The notes under the pieces were generated by a model, which made no database searches, was not told the origin of the DNA, and was given only the letters and a program-made list of their open reading frames with translations. The position numbers were made by a program, and so were the translations under genes. From Squalus acanthias (lineage: Eukaryota), in NCBI GenBank assembly GCA_030390025.1, contig JASTWF010000033.1:3102001-3166000 (forward strand): a DNA stretch of 64,000 bases. The letters run 5' to 3'. Below are positions 62,891-64,000 of the stretch, one piece after another. Position 1 is the stretch's first letter; every line of letters starts with the position of its first letter.

Positions 62891-63092
62891 AAGTGAAAAG
62901 TCGCAAAACACCAGGTTATAGTCCAACAGTTTTATTTGAAATCACAAGCTTTCGGAATGGCTGCTCCTTCGTCAGGTGAATGGGCAGCGCTCCGAATGCT
63001 TGTGATTTCAAATAAAACTGTTGGACTATAACCTGGTGTTGTGCGACTTCTCACTTTTGTCCACCCCAGCCCAACACCGACATCTCCGCATC
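62891..63092. mobile_element. Penelope-like terminal fragment with inverted duplication
   Basis: ~68-bp inverted arms; 13-bp TSD ATG(C/T)TCCTTGCAA at 62878-62890 and 63093-63105; minus-strand CTGACGA..GAAA core. Confidence 0.85.
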
Positions 63093-64000
63093 ATGTTCCT
63101 TGCAAGATTACTCTCGTACTCTATTTTTCCCCCTTAATCAATCTTTGTTTTTTTTTGCTGAATTCTAAACTGTTCCCAATCCTCATGCTTGCTACTTTTT
63201 CTGGCAACTTTAATGACTCCTCTTTGGATCTAAATACTATCCTTAATTTTGTTTTGATAGCCATGGTTTGGCCGCTATTCCTTTTGTGTTTTTTGCGCCA
63301 GAATGGAATGTATAACTTTTGCAATTCATGCGTTCATTCCTTAAATGTTAGCCATTGCCTATCCACCGTCATGCCTTTTAATGAAGCTCCACAAACTATC
63401 ATAGCCAACTCACTCCTCATACCTTCGTAGTTCCCTTTGTTTAGATCTAGAACCCTAGTTTCGGATTCGACTTCCTCACTTTTCTTCTTAATGAATAATT
63501 CCAACATGTTAAGGTCACTCTTCCCTAAAGGAATCCGGACAACAAGATTATTAATTACCGCTTCTCATTGCACAATACACAATCTAGGATAGCCTGTTCC
63601 CTAGTTGGCTCCTCAACGTAATGGTCTATAAAACAATCTCGTACACAGTCCAGGAATTCATCCTCCACAGTATTATTGCTGATTTGGTTCGGCCAGTCTA
63701 TATGTAGATTAAAGTCACCCATGATTATTGTAGTGCCCTTGCTACATGCATCTCTAATTTCCTGTTTGATGCCATCCCCTACATTAGCACTACTGTTTGG
63801 AGGCCTCAATACAACTCCATCAATGTGTTCTGCCCCATGGTGCTTCTTAGCTCCACACAGACTGATTCTACATCTTGATTTTCTGAGCTAATATCCTTTC
63901 TCACTATTGCTCTGATTTCATCCTTTACTAACAACGCCTCCTTTTCCTTTTTGCCTGTCCATCCTAAATATCGAATATCCTTGGATATTCAGCTCCCAGT

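Larger units (their letters stand above)
60302..64000 (-). mobile_element. Long CR1 running off the window, with nested MITE and Penelope insertions
   Basis: Tail at 60302; RT and APE (IMGDFNL) remnants. Confidence 0.92.

Overview
Repeat-dense vertebrate DNA, most likely from a cartilaginous fish (inferred from the CR1/Penelope families with (TTTCTATG)n tails and the GPR139-like gene type; not provable from the window). There is one apparently intact host gene, a two-exon GPR139/142-like GPCR (21523-25598). The main discovery is two defective copies (4700-13827 on +, 43244-49702 on -) of an endogenous retrovirus-like family. Together they show a CCHC Gag, a retroviral-type RNase H, an HHCC/DD35E/GPY-F integrase, PPTs and TGTA...TACA LTRs. 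Its ~780-aa envelope has a conserved splice acceptor, a signal peptide, an N-terminal immunoglobulin-like domain and a long F-protein-type fusogen (lokiretrovirus-like, not gamma/beta-type). Also present: many CR1 and other LINE fragments, Penelope ends with hammerhead-ribozyme cores, a TIR MITE family with a covarying hairpin, a solo LTR beside the GPCR promoter, a tRNA pseudogene cluster, a ~4.8 kb segmental duplication, several minisatellites, and tentative decayed MHC class II beta-like exons. There is no CRISPR array. Family assignments come from motif recognition by eye; no searches were run.
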